Shown here one piece after another: positions 37,728 to 51,200 of a stretch of DNA of 64,000 bases. The notes under the pieces were generated by a model, which ran no database searches, was not told the DNA's origin, and saw only the letters and a list, made by a program, of their open reading frames with translations. The position numbers and the translations under genes were made by a program. Location: positions 664,796-728,795 of the forward strand of contig NW_019217843.1 of assembly GCF_002571385.2 (NCBI RefSeq), given 5' to 3'. Within the stretch, counting starts at the first letter, position 1. The number at the start of each line of letters is the position of its first letter. The stretch is from Stylophora pistillata (Eukaryota).

Positions 37728-40700
37728 ATGAGTAAAGGTTGGTCACAAATCACATTTATCTTTCGAAGACAACACGTTATTTGTATTATAAGCTTACAAG
37801 TCTCTTGTTTAAACTTCTTCAAGATTTAGCGTAATTTACTGTATAGGCTACAGTTGCAAGGTCAAAATTGCATAATCATTGACTGAACAAAGTTTTACCC
37901 AAGGCTTGTTGTCCTCATTTTACTGTGGGTGTGCATATATATGAGTGTGTGTGTGTGTGTATGTGTGTGTACAAATGTGTATTAAAGTAGAATGTCGAGT
38001 TAAAAATTCCTGTGGGCTTCTAAGCTCTGGGCTGATAAGCTATTATAAATGTACCTCTACTATCTTCCAACGTAGACCTCTTAAGCTTTCATGCTTTGTT
38101 TATCCATTTCAGGTCTCGGGGGAATTTCGCAGCTTTGTCATTTGTAAATTGTGCCTACATAAACGGGAATAAGGCGAAAGTCGGAAAAACGCTTCTCCAG
38201 AGTATTATCACATTGGCTTAAATTGGTAAATAAACCATGATATAAACTTGAGAGGTCTATTGATGTAGACTTAGGGAAGATTTTATGAATCGAGGTTTTT
38301 AGTTAATTTAGCTAAGCATTTATTACTCTATATTTTGATGTGCAAAAGTGGCTGCCCACTTATGGAACCATTAATGTTATGGAAGAAAAAAAAATCTTTT
38401 AAGTTATGGGATCAGAACCTCTTATACTGGAGACCAAGTACCAAAAACATTAACTCAAAAAGGAGTAAAACTTGTAGTAATAAGGAAATAAATTAATTTG
38501 TATTCATTAGGGAAATCAATTAATATTTTATGAATTCTAGGCGAGTCTTGTTGTCATGGCTAAAATTACCGCATACACTGTATTATGTTTTTTCAAATTT
38601 TCTAACCTAACCCTAACCCTAACCCTAACATCAAGTGCAAAAACTAGTGTGGTAGTGCATTAGGGAAACTGCTATGGCCTCTTAATTTCGCCCACAGCTG
38701 TAAGATATTTCTTTTGTTTACTGTAAGTCTCTTGAAGGTCTGACACTATGAGGAAACGCTGTAAGTATTATACTGTGCCTTTTTTTCCCATCTCACTAAA
38801 GGTGGCATTTCAGTTTCACTTGTCCTTAATCTTAAACAGTATCTGTTTTTTTTTTTAAATTTTACAATGAATATTAAGCTCAGTTAAAAATTTCTACCTT
38901 AGTTGAATCCTAATTTCCTTTTTATCCCAACCTTGGTATAAATATTTGACCTTGTATTAATTTTATTGCAAGATATACTGGCAAATGATACATTTCTTTC
39001 CCATATATCCCAATTTTACTTGATATCACTAGTGAATATGACTTGCTTCACATTTAATTTATTTAGTAATAATCTATCAAATATTGTTGCCTGCAAGCAC
39101 AAGGTCTGAACATACACTGTAGCAGGGGACTAAATACATGTATTTCCCAACTAATACCTGGGAAGATCCCAGTGATATTAACCCCTTGTGTTATTTACAA
39201 GTTTTCAAACCTTGCCTCAGATACTAGGAAGGTTTAATCTAATTGAAGATGGGAAACCATTTATGCCACAGTGTGTTTGGTCGAAAAGAAAACCAAGGTC
39301 CAATACATTTGGCAAGTGACTGGTTTGCTTGGTTGAACTCAACTGAACAACTGAAAAAACCTAGATTATACATCTTAAATTAAATGATTTATGTAACAAA
39401 CATTGCAATATTTCTTATGATATATGAATTTAAATAAAGCATTTGTGCAACAGTAACCATAAATAGCACGTGCATTGAACTTAATTATGAATTTTAATAA
39501 ATAAATTTTCATCAGTGAAACATAGTCAAGGCTGTGGTCTAGCAGTGCCCAATTTTAGTTTTTTCATACAAAGCATATGCTGGGCACCCTGGATTTCACA
39601 GTTTCAGAGCACTGCAGGGCTCCATTCAATTTTCCTTAGAGCACTGCCTTGCACAGTGGAAGAAGAAATCAACTGTTTGTTGATAGAACCAGACCATATA
39701 CTCTAACATTAAAAAGTCAACAAGCCACTCTGTCAAAAAAATATAGTATTAAATGTTTTTTCCCCTAGCTCAACTTCCCTGCTTTGGCGTGGATATCGGA
39801 GGAAGCTTGGTCAAATTAGTGTACTTTGAGCCCTGCAATTCACAAATAAACTGTAATGGACAAGACAAAGTTGGCTTGGAGGCAATACAAGATTTTATCA
39901 AGTCAAATGTAAATTATGGAGAAACAGGAGCTAGAGATGAAAGGTTGGCAATGGAAAATGTGGTTTTGGGAGGAAGAAGAGGACATTTGCATTTCATTAG
40001 ATTTTCAACTGATGTGGTGGGAAAATTTCTTTTACTTGCTGAAGAATTAAATGCATCAGTCCTGAATGACAAGGTGTGTGCAACAGGTGGAGGAGCATTC
40101 AAATTTGAAAAGGATTTTAAAGAGGTATGTTTTTTACAGAAAGATGCTTTTAGTCTAGTCATGAGCATAGGAAAAATTAACAATTCCGAGTCGCCATGAG
40201 AAATTGAACCTCAGACCTTCAGATTCTATGCTCCAGTGCTCTTCCACTGAGCCGCAGCGACTATATGGTGACGTTCTTATTTGACACACGTTTTGCATAC
40301 AGCAAAGAGTGCGGAATCCGAAGGTCTAAGATTCGATTCCTAATGGGGACTCAGAATTTTTCTCTGTCTTACACTTGTGACTAGACAAAAACATCTTTCT
40401 ATTAATTTCTTTACTGAGCTCAAAACTTGCCATCTTTCTTATTCTTTAGGTTTGATTTTGTTTTCAGAAAGGTATTACTTTTTATAAAAAAACTACCTTA
40501 GGTACTCTACGTATCAGTTAAATGTTAAAAAGTAACACACATAAAAGTTTAACACCCTAACCTGAACAACTTCACTAAATTTATTATGCAAAGGCATGGT
40601 TACAGGGATGCTGTAAATTGTAATTTGGAAAGACACATTGCCAATTCATTTGTGCAATATCAGACATTCAAGCCACTCGCTAAAGTTACATTTGACCTGT

Positions 40701-43700
40701 TACATGAACTTGATCAGCTAAAAAATTGTTTGTTGCAGCATTAGTGTAGCCCTTAAGTGTTGAAAAACAGTTTTTCCAAAAAGAAATTGTTTTTCTTTTC
40801 TAATTTTTCTCAGAAGAAACACTCGACTAACATTAAAAGCTCCAGCTCTCATTATTAATCACTGAGTTTATTCTTCAAGCCAGCCTGAATTCTTTGAACA
40901 TATAAACCTTGCAGATCCTGGGTGTACAACTTGTGAAGTATGACGAACTTGAGTGTCTCATTCATGGCATACACTTTATCAACTCTTCCTGCCTAAATGA
41001 ATGCTATTACTGGAACAACCTGCACTGTTTAGAGAAGTCTGAAACAGTACCATATAACTTTGACTTGAATCCTTATCCCTATCTTGTGGTAAACATTGGT
41101 TCTGGAGTCAGTATTTTGTCAGTAGAGTCTGCAGAAAAGTTTTCAAGGATAAGTGGTACCAGGTAAAGTTTTAGAATTAGCTGCATGTTGTTTCTCTGTG
41201 ACTGCAGTCAGCTCCTGCAAAATGGCATTTTTTAAAAATCAAATTATAATATATAATGCAATGGTGTATGATGCAAAATTTGCATTATACACCATTGTGT
41301 TATTTATTAAAAATTTTATTTTATCATCTGTAGTATAATATTGACAACAGATTGTTGTCAAGATTGTGGTCTCTAGGGTTCTCAATTAGTCACTGACAGG
41401 TAGTGGATGGCTAGCTACATGGAGTAGACAACTAAAACTTTGAGAGTTTCCTCATGGGGTCTTGGCGTGCTCCCTCACAAAATATTATTTTTCAAATGTA
41501 GAGGCTCTGAAATGCTATTTCATGTATTGTGTTGGAGGTATGTTTCAACAAATATGGCTGTTGGTTGGCTAGATAAGCATGCAGAAGGTACAGATTGGAT
41601 GACTGTTGAACTAGTGAGTCAATGTAAATTAAAGCATCTTGAATATGTTTTTGTAAAATGCAAAAGTGGCTTTCAATAAAGTTGTCTATTCATGAATTTC
41701 TTTGTAGCTGCAGTGACTTGTTGTAATTAGTTTTAACAGTTTACTGTTCACTGATACTTGTTATTAAAGGAGGCAGCTCACAAGTCAAGGAAGTCAGCTT
41801 TTTAGTCAGCAGCCAGCACTTATTGAGAACCCTTGGTTTAAAACTTGCAGCAGCAGTAATTAACCCTTAAACTCTCAGATGTGATTAACATGTATTCATA
41901 CATTTTCCAGCAAACAGGTAATCAGAATACTCAAACCTATTGGGTAGAAGTTGTTATCTTGATCTAACACCAAATTCTCTAAGATGAACTGTAAACAAAT
42001 GTGTAGCAGCTGGAGGGGAGAATTAACAATCAGATCTTGGGAAGTGGATCGAGGCTTAAAGGACAGCATTGATATATTAGAGAATTGGTCAGAGGCATGT
42101 TAGGTGTAAATTATTGATGAAAGATAACTTTGTTCTTGACCATTAGATCTATGGTTAACTTCTTTCACTTTTTGTCCTTTAGTCTTGGAGGTGGAACATT
42201 TCTTGGCCTTTGTTACTTGTTAACTGGCTGCTCGTCATTTGATGAAGCTCTTTCCATGGCAGAGGAGGGTGACAGCACAAAAGTTGATAAATTGGTTCGA
42301 GATATCTATGGTGGGGATTATTCTAAGTTTGGTTTACCAGGAGATACAGTTGCAAGCAGGTATATCTCTCGTGAATAAGACTATGCGAGTAAGAATTTAG
42401 AAAGTGTTAACACTTGTTGAAATTCTCATAACCAATTTACAATGAAATATGTTGCAGCCAGAGGGGAGAATTGACTGTTAGATCTTGGGAGTTAAAGGGT
42501 TGATAATTAAAATCATTTTGTTTTGAATAAGTGGTGATAAGTCTGACTTACAAATTAATAATTATTATTTATCATTTTATTTAAATGTGAAATTTTGTGT
42601 TATCAAGTTTTGGGAAGATGTGCTGTGAACAGAACAGATCTGCAGTCAGCAAAAATGATTTAGCAAGAGCCATGCTTGTCACCATAACTAACAACATTGG
42701 TTCAATTGCAAGAATGTGTGCTGTCAATCATGTGAGTGCTGTAATGTAAAAAAGTGTCATCATCTGTGTCATAGACCAACTGCAGGGGCGTAGCCAGGAT
42801 TTCTAGGAGAGGGTTCCAAATTGGTTCCAACGAAAACGGTTCTAAAATCCTTACATTACGTACGTACAAGACTTGGCGTTTACACTATGCAAACAGAAGA
42901 CGCCTTGGTTGCCGTTGAGCGAACATGTTTATCACTTCCTCAATATTTATATCTTGGTGGTAATTGATGTTCATCAACACCAGCCCAGACTCTCGCTCGC
43001 TTCACATGGTCGACCTCAGGTATGTTTTTAACCTTGGAGTGTACTGAATGAGCGCTCACATTCAGCTGACGTTATCGGCAACGTGCACAAAATGTGGATC
43101 AAGGTGTGGATGTAAGGAAAGAACACTCGATCACATGTTGTGAGTGTGTGAATGGCACTGGTAGGAAGGTCGGCGTCCTCAGTGCTGCACCACTTTCTCT
43201 TCCATCACAGGAGCTCGACATCAAAATGACATGAGGAGAAGGAAGGTCGTTCTCATAAAACTCTAGCGCTGCTCCAATGTCAGGATTTCTGTCCCTGACG
43301 GCTACCTGCTCAGGAAGAAGATTAAAGAGGCTGAACAAGACAGCATCGTTAGTAGGATTGAAGTGTGTTTTCGTCTCTGATTTTAGATGGTCTAGAAGGG
43401 GAATAGTAACTGCCCTCTTGTGGGGGGGTTCTGGAACCCCTGGAACCCTCCCCTGGCTACACCCCTGAACTGTGACAGTTTAAAGTAGTATAAGATCTAG
43501 AGACAAAGTGAAGGTGGTGAACAGCCTCTTGGGTGCCTTACTACTAATGACTCACAATATTAAATTCTGTTCATAACAATTTCAGAAGGTAGAATGTGTG
43601 GTATTTGTGGGCAACTTCCTTCGCTGTAACACAATAGCCATGAAGCTGCTTGCTTATGCAATGGATTATTGGTCCAAAGGAATGATGAAAGCTCTATTTC

Positions 43701-44119
43701 TAGTGCATGAGGTAGGCATATTGATGTTGCCTTTATGAAAAATATGAAAATAAGAAACCTCTACAGGATGGGTCCAGGATTTTTCTTTAGGAGGGGTTGC
43801 ACCACAAAGAAATGATGTAATGAAGAACAAGGCCTTTGAATACGAAATAACAATGTGAATTGCTGGGAATACTTGGCAGATTTTGTATAACTGTGAGGTT
43901 ATAATTATTAGAAAGCTGCAGGTCATCTCAGTGGGTGGGGGTTTACACCTCCATCTCCCCTCCCCTAAATCTACCCTTGCTCAATTAATTTTAGGTTTAC
44001 ATGTGTTCTGGTAACTAATTTTGAATTATTGTTTGTAGGGTTATTTTGGAGCTGTTGGTGCTTTGCTTGAACTGAAGACAAGAATGAAAGACAACAAAGA
44101 TAGCCAAGTGACTAATTGA
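37728..44119 (+). CDS. PANK: Type II pantothenate kinase, PANK1/2/3-like (~373 aa, 7 coding exons)
   Basis: Exons 37728-37737 (micro-exon MSK, less certain), 39769-40124, 40915-41162, 42183-42359, 42608-42731, 43586-43711, 44039-44119; total 1122 nt. Motifs [111 protein letters not shown]. Confidence 0.95.
38603..38628. repeat. Short interstitial telomere-like (CCCTAA)n tract
   Basis: CTAACCTAACCCTAACCCTAACCCTAAC in PANK intron 1. Confidence 0.8.
40170..40445. mobile_element. SINE-like repeat with two inverted tRNA-like heads
   Basis: 40182-40255 is a minus-strand tRNA-like head (GGCTCAGTGGAAGAGCA...GAATCTGAAGGTCTGAGGTTCAATTTCTCATGGCGACTCGGAATT); 40307-40358 is the plus-strand equivalent (GGAATCCGAAGGTCTAAGATTCGATTCCTAATGGGGACTCAGAATT). 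Confidence 0.7.
42783..43467 (-). mobile_element. Internally deleted hAT DNA transposon with TIRs and 5-bp TSD, in PANK intron 5
   Basis: TIRs CAGGGGCGTAGCCAGG / CCTGGCTACACCCCTG, flanked on both sides by AACTG. The minus strand holds a disrupted hAT C-terminal dimerisation domain ([28 protein letters not shown]...[31 protein letters not shown]). Confidence 0.92.
43764..43979. mobile_element. Degenerate short MITE with hAT-like ends
   Basis: CAGGATGGGTCCAGGATTTTTCTTTAGGAGGGG ... CCCCTCCCCTAAATCTACCCTTG; decayed CAGGGG...CCCCTG-type termini. Confidence 0.45.
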
Positions 44120-45273
44120 ATTGATCTTGATAGTATAAATTTTAGTAACATTCATCATTCATCCACTGACTTATTTTATGTATTAAGCATAATACAAGGG
44201 ATAATTATTAAGAAGAAAAGTAAATTATAATTTTATTTAATAATTTCTTGAAAAGAGTTTTTCTATAATAATTAAAGTTTGGTTGATAAAGAAAAAACAG
44301 GATTAGAGGATGTGGATTAAAAATTGATCATCATGGTACTGAAAAGTAAGGTTTCTAGAATTTTCCTCAAAGGACCTCAATTGGTAATTTTCAACTTTGT
44401 AGAGGACTTTTTCACATGTAGTGACCACTCTCCGTGGCTTATTTACTCAAAGCTGGTGTATTAGAGTTCTTATTTAAGTGAAGTACAGTTCTATTGTCAA
44501 GCAAGAAAATACATTCTTTTATGCGTAAAGTGGGATCCAAAATGAGAATGTTGTAATTATATCTTTAAGTTTACACTTGTGACACAAATATTATATTTTT
44601 CTAGTCTGATTATTTATGGTGCACTATATGAAAATTGGGACAATGCTGTAACTGCATTAAAAATTGATATAAAACACCTTGTGAGGTAATTCAGTCACAG
44701 TGAAGAGTAAGTGTCATTGTATGTCCCTGGGAGTGTGTTGGTTGTGGTATCTGAAGTTCCTTCAACATTTATGACAACAAGTGCACTCCATAGGTCATTT
44801 ATTGACAAGTTCATTTTGAATTTGTCCTTTTTTCCTACGCATACCATGAACACTTTTAGTCACTTTGCATCCCTGGCTTTGACTTCTGATTGGTACAGAA
44901 AGATGTCAAATAATTTTTCATTTTTTAATTATGTTGATTCCAGCCTTAACATCAAAGCACAGGCGTCCTAAGCTCACATCTTGAGAAGAAGTGAGCATGA
45001 AAGTGTCAGCATTGTGCGACACGGTGTTATGTAAGTGAGGAACTGCTGAGAATTTGAACATGCTATAAGGAATAGTATGGGGACTGAAATATGGTCAATT
45101 TACACCACTAAATATTTGGAAATATGAACATTTTACACATACATTGCAAATAGTAAAGGCAAAGCAAGCCCAAAACAGCAGAGATTACCAGAAACTACAA
45201 TGGACACATGAGGAGTGAGTACACGATTGAGAATTACATGCATACCAAAGGTTAAGAAACATTAATCCTTTTG

Positions 45274-48200
45274 TCATGAATGAAGTGACTTTGGACTTCC
45301 AGGATAGAAACCTCCCTTTGAGGGACTGAAGGCTTCAAATGTATAGTCCAGAGGCAGTTCTAAGGAAACAAACAAAAAAATTGTAATTATAGCAGTATTT
45401 GACAATGTGTTCTTGAAGCTTGGCCATACATCATCACAAAGCTATTGTTTGCAGGTAAGCTACACATAACCTCATAAATTAGTTATGAGAATTTGGTGTT
45501 GGATTGAGATAACTATTATGTTTGAGTATTCTCATAACCAGTTTGCTGGTTAATGTATGGATATCACAGAAGGGTTAGGTGTTCATGTATTTTGGAATTT
45601 AAAGGGTTAAATTTTTAGTCTACCTTTCTCAGGTTTATAATTTGAAATATGTGTATTTGCTTTTCATCTTCTGTTAGAACTACTGTTAACAGATTCAAAT
45701 GGTCTGCAAAGTATGACTGAATGTAAAAAGAAAAGCAGAGAACACAAATCACACTAACCTGTAATGAAGTCTAGCCGTGGAATTACAAAAGTGCTATATT
45801 TCTGTATCAAATTTCCACAGAAAGTGTTCATTTCTTTCCTTCCACATTTTTTCTCAAGGCCATGATCTCTATCTGCTTTACAGTCAATGACTTTATCTTG
45901 ACATGTATCAGCATGCACAAAGAATGAACCCCACTGGTTTGACAACAGAACCTCTTCCTTGCAGCTTTCAATCTCCAAGTCCTATTGGGGGATACAGACA
46001 CTGAAATGTCATACATCTGTACCTCACAACATTCTTAGGGAGCAAAGTCTATTGACTCTGCTCTGGTCTGTACACCTACTGTAACAGTGCCTGGCAAAAG
46101 TAGATGGCACACCTCCCCTTATTATGCGGTCAACAACGCTCCAATCAACATAATAAACTGAAATCTTTTAATTTATCTCTAATAATTTTACCATATAGTC
46201 TCTCCTTTCCCCCAACTCAAGTTGTCTGTCTAAGCACTTTGTCAGCACCAGACAACATTGAAGTGGGTGAGAGGGAGCCAGATAAATAAAAGTTGTAGAA
46301 AAAATTCGAAAGGTAAAGTAGAACGTTCTAAGACTTTTGTCACCCAATATAGTTCAAGGCTTTATTAAATTTCAGCCAAAAAATATTATTTAATAGTGGC
46401 TTTTACTATTCAACTTACATGCACTGACAGTCTTGCTTTCTTGGAATTTGGACCATCTTCAAGAAAATTCTCCTGATGCAGACATTTTCAAAACAACAAC
46501 AATCACTCTTTTGAAACTTGTACATACATGTTATTGAATTTGTTTTACGTATGGCAGAAACCTTGGCTTGTACTGAGAATGTAACAAGTTAAAGTGACAA
46601 TACCATAAGAACTCATAAGTGTAGCTGTTGAACTTAAAACTTCACTGCTTTTTTACAGAACAGATTGGTGAGTTAAGCTAAGCTGTATAAAGTTAGTTGC
46701 AATGAACATCAGCTAACCTATCTCTTCTGTGAAATCACTGCATTTTCTGGCAAGGATCAATACAAAGAAGCAGGCCACAACAGTCAAATTCACTGACTTA
46801 AAATTTAGTTTTCCAGGTTGGTGACTGAGAAATACCTGGCAGAGTGCTACAAATATAATTAATGCATATTTATTTGAAACCTATAAATCACATGTACCAG
46901 TAAGCCATTACAGAACTGGCCTAAACTAAAAACTCTTTCAATCAGCAACTATTTTTTGCATCCTGAAGCAGGATAAAAAAATACCTGATCTTGACATATT
47001 ACCATTCCTTCAGATTCCATCTCTTCTAGCACAGTGACAACATTCCAATCACCAAAGACCACTGATGGATACATATCTGATCTGATGCTGTCTCCAAAAT
47101 ACAAGACCTATAGGTGTTGTATAAAAGAGTGACAAAAAGGGTGATATACCAACTGTCATCAATTTTGCAACAAAGTGAATTGGCAATGACAATTTTCTTC
47201 AAATCAAGCATGTTTTCACAGATTGATAGAAAGTGAATTCACTGTCGGTGTAGTGAGATGTGTTTCAGAAAGAGACTTCAGAAGCACCTTTGAGGAGATT
47301 TTGTTGCACCATTATTAAATATAATTCTGCCACGGGTCACTGGTTTTGGAGCTTCATTACTTCAATTAGGAACTTGGGAACATGTTATTTTGGTTGTCTT
47401 ATGAAGTTTGATATCAGTAAGCTTAAGCTAAATGTACATGTACAACTACAGCTACTGTTAGTAGTAATTACAATCACCTTTGGCTTATCCTGGTTTGTCT
47501 GCTTTTGCAGAAATATGGTTAAATCCTTGTGATTGCCTTTACTATACATCTTGTTTTCTTGTAGCTCTTGAACAGGGCAAACTTCCTTTTCACCATCTAA
47601 GAGCACCGTTCCAGAAATTAAGAAACAATACAGTGACTAGGATAAACATGATATTTTTTAAAAAATAAACAGACCCTGAGCCCAAAATTTTCAAAATCAC
47701 CATTCAGCAACCTAACATAACAAAATAGTTGCTTAATTGGGATAAAACTTAATTTAATAAAAAGGAATTAATCCTGGACATTTCATTTTTAAGCAACAAG
47801 TAACAATGGTTGTTTCATGCAAATTACTATCAAGTGGCTTTGATTGGCCTCAAACCGCCAGTCTGTCTATGAGTCTGTCAAGTAAGGTTCAATGTTAAAA
47901 CCAAACACTCAAAAAAGTTATTAATGAAAACATCTTACCAAGTTCATGGAACTTGACGAGTGGCTCTTCTGACTTGAAAAATCCTTTTTAAGTAAAAAAA
48001 AAAAAAAATTATTTAATGTACTGAAAAATAAAATAATAAACACATTGTAAGAACAAAAAGAAACATTTAACATGCTTCTGTAATTGTACAATGTAACACA
48101 GTAAACTCTCAGGTAACAGAATAATGGTAAAACTTAATGGAAGCAACTTCTCTTTCCCTCCACAACTAAGACAAGTAAAAGAACATGTAAAAAACTAATC

Positions 48201-51200
48201 ACAACTTACTGGAGATAAAATATACAGTGCTAATATAATTATATATAATGTTGACAAAAATAAACCTGGTTTGCCTGCAGCACACACAACCATGTCAAAC
48301 ATCTCTGGCCAGTGCTCTCTGAAACAGAATATTTTGTAAGATCAGAGGAACAATTTTATACTTATAAATTAATAAATTCTCATTTATGATTAAATAGTGT
48401 TGTGAGTGGAGAACAACACAGGAGAAATTCAGTGTGAAAAGGAAAGGCTGTTTTGAAGCAATAAATTACTATCTAATGAAAAAACTAAGTTGATTACATT
48501 ACTTTAATTTGTCAGGAACAAAGTACAATAAACCCAAAACAAACAAACAAACATTTAAAAAGTTAACTAAACCAGGTGTATATTAAATACAATTAGAGAT
48601 TGCGTCCTCCCCATGCCCCATGTGCAAGCATCAGAAATGTCAACAGGCAAAACAAACAGTTTCATAAATTATTATAATTGTTATCTTGAAGGTGTATCAA
48701 AACAGTGTAAGACAACACAGTTTTATACAATGGACTCTAGGGTTTCCAGCAATTATGCCCATAATACCAACAGGCCTTCTACACCTGAAAAAGAAGTTGA
48801 CAGATAATATTTTCTTGGAAAAAAGAAAAAAAAAAAGATTTTTTGAGTGAGATTTATCCCGTTTCCTTTCAAATTAATTATTTTCTAAAAATTGGCTCAG
48901 TTCTTAGCCACATACAGCACAAATCAAATGGCATACTTTTGTTAAAATCTGTCAGAGCCAATGGAGTATAAATTAGAATAATGAATAATTTGAGAATTTT
49001 GGCAAACTGTTTTTGATCCACTTACCCTACTGCATAATTCATAAGGAGATTTGTATAATCTATGTCTGAATTTGTAAGAAGGAACACTGTTTGTTGTGTC
49101 TCTTTCATTGACTTGATCCAGTTAATAATTTTCTGGGTTGAAGGTTTTACAAACTTGGATATATCTCTCTTCAGGTTGTAAAAGTACTGTTCTTGTTTGT
49201 CTGAAAAGAAAGGAGAACAAATTCAGATGTCTCTGAATGACCACAACTTTAACCCTTAAACTCTCTTAAGTGATTAACATGTAACTTCTCCCTTAAATAT
49301 TCATACATTATCCAGCAAACAGATGATGAGAATACTAAAACTTATCAGGTAGAAGTTGTTATCTTGATTTAGCACCAAATTCTCACAACTAGTTTACAAT
49401 GAAATGTGTGGCAGCTAGAGGGGAGAATTATCATTCAGATCTTGGGAGTTAAAGGTTTATTTTACACAATCCTTCCTTTGGGGTATTTGTGACAATAAAA
49501 TGTTGCTATGAAGAAATTTAGTTCCTCAAAACTGTTGACACAAGGGTATTTACTGAAATCTTGAAACACTTCATACTATTGACTTTTAGTCACCTTCTGC
49601 GTGATCACCTACAGGTATAAGTTTCAACCAAAAACAGGTCTATCCTAATGAATTGCTTTCAATTCACTAGTTCATTAAAGTAACTTTGTGGCAAAAGATG
49701 CAGGCCACTAGATAATAATTATACATAGCAATTATTTATTCATGGGTTGAGTACCTCGATCTTAAAAATAGTAATTCATTGAAATAACTCACCAATTTTA
49801 AATGATGATGGATTAAAAATTATCCGTAAAGAGGATATTATATCAGGCCAAAAACTATACTCTTTTGGTTTTCCAAACTAACAGAAGAGAAATGGAGACT
49901 AGTAAATAAAGATAATGTCACATATCACTTTCAATGTCAAATTAAACTGAGTGTTGAAAAAGAGACAAAATGATCAACATTTTACAAACATTTAAATAAT
50001 TAAATATGCTTTTGGTAAACTGTGAAAACAATAAAATTTACAAAATGATAATCAAATGTACAAATAATTTAGTTTGACTCTGTAATATATCAAACATGAG
50101 AGGTAGCACTTGACCCTTGTTTTTAACTAGAAAAGAGTTGAATAAAAAAACATCACCATATAAGAACCTATAACATATGACATTTCAGAGTCAGGCTGCT
50201 GTATAATGGTTCTAATTCTTTGCAGTAGTCTTTTTAAACTTGAAACCGATAAGGTTTTTAAACAAATAATAAGTCTTTTTTCCAGCCTTTGACTGTAATA
50301 CCATCCACAAATATCTTGTTTACTAGGATACCATTTCTTTAACAACACTGCTCTGTAGAAGTCTGAACATTGACATTCTGAACATCACAACTTGGAATGT
50401 TTCCTTCATCAGAGGGGTGATTCAAACTGTCCCTCTTTGCCAGGCTAAACAGGTACTTAACATGTTCATCAACACAAAGTGAATTTTTAGAGTATGCATG
50501 TGGTTCTAAAGACAACTCTATTAATGCTAATAAAATATATTAATAGATTTCTTAAATATGAACAAAATCTAATTTACCTTTTTGTCAATTGTGTCAACGA
50601 TACGAGCGCATATAACCATCACTGGAAGATCAAAGTAATTTTCAAACACTCTGAATATGTTGGCTGAAAAGAAATGACTCAAGTTAATAAATTAGTATTT
50701 TTGGAAGACACTGATTGCTAAGATTTCTACTCTTTAAAAACTACAGAACTGCACTGACAATCTTTATTCATATTCTCCAATCCTTGACATTTCCTATGGT
50801 ACTGACAAAGATAAATTGTTAAATAATCAAAAGCTTCCCATTTTAAATAAGTTGGTGATCTTTTTCTTTTTTCTCATGACCTTGAAGTTTGATATAGCAG
50901 TGATGCTATAAGGAGAAATTAGATCCCATGCAGTCAATCTTAGATGGTAAAAGATTAATATCAAAATATGAACACTATACATGTGAGGAATTGATATAAT
51001 ATAAGGGAGTATTGAATTCCCACACTTTTGACATTGACTGTCATTCATACTTTCCTGCTATCTACAAATTAGCGACATTTTGTACCAATGAACTATCACT
51101 CATAGTGTTCATAGCCCAACACTCTGAAAATTTAAACTCTATAATCTTGTGAGGGTCAGAGCACTAAAACTTACATTTTGCTCGAATATATATCACATAC

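Noticed and set aside
42732-43585. miR-103/107 in PANK intron 5, as in vertebrates
   Set aside because: No AGCAGCATTGTACAGGGCTA-like sequence was seen; the intron is mostly the hAT remnant.
44119-45274. Functional kinase/phosphatase pairing of convergent PANK and NT5DC1
   Set aside because: Adjacency alone is weak evidence in an animal genome, and nothing in the sequence ties NT5DC1 to CoA intermediates.
50390-50420. CTGATGA...GAAA on the minus strand as another hammerhead
   Set aside because: No stem II between the motifs, and no stem I or cleavage triplet geometry.
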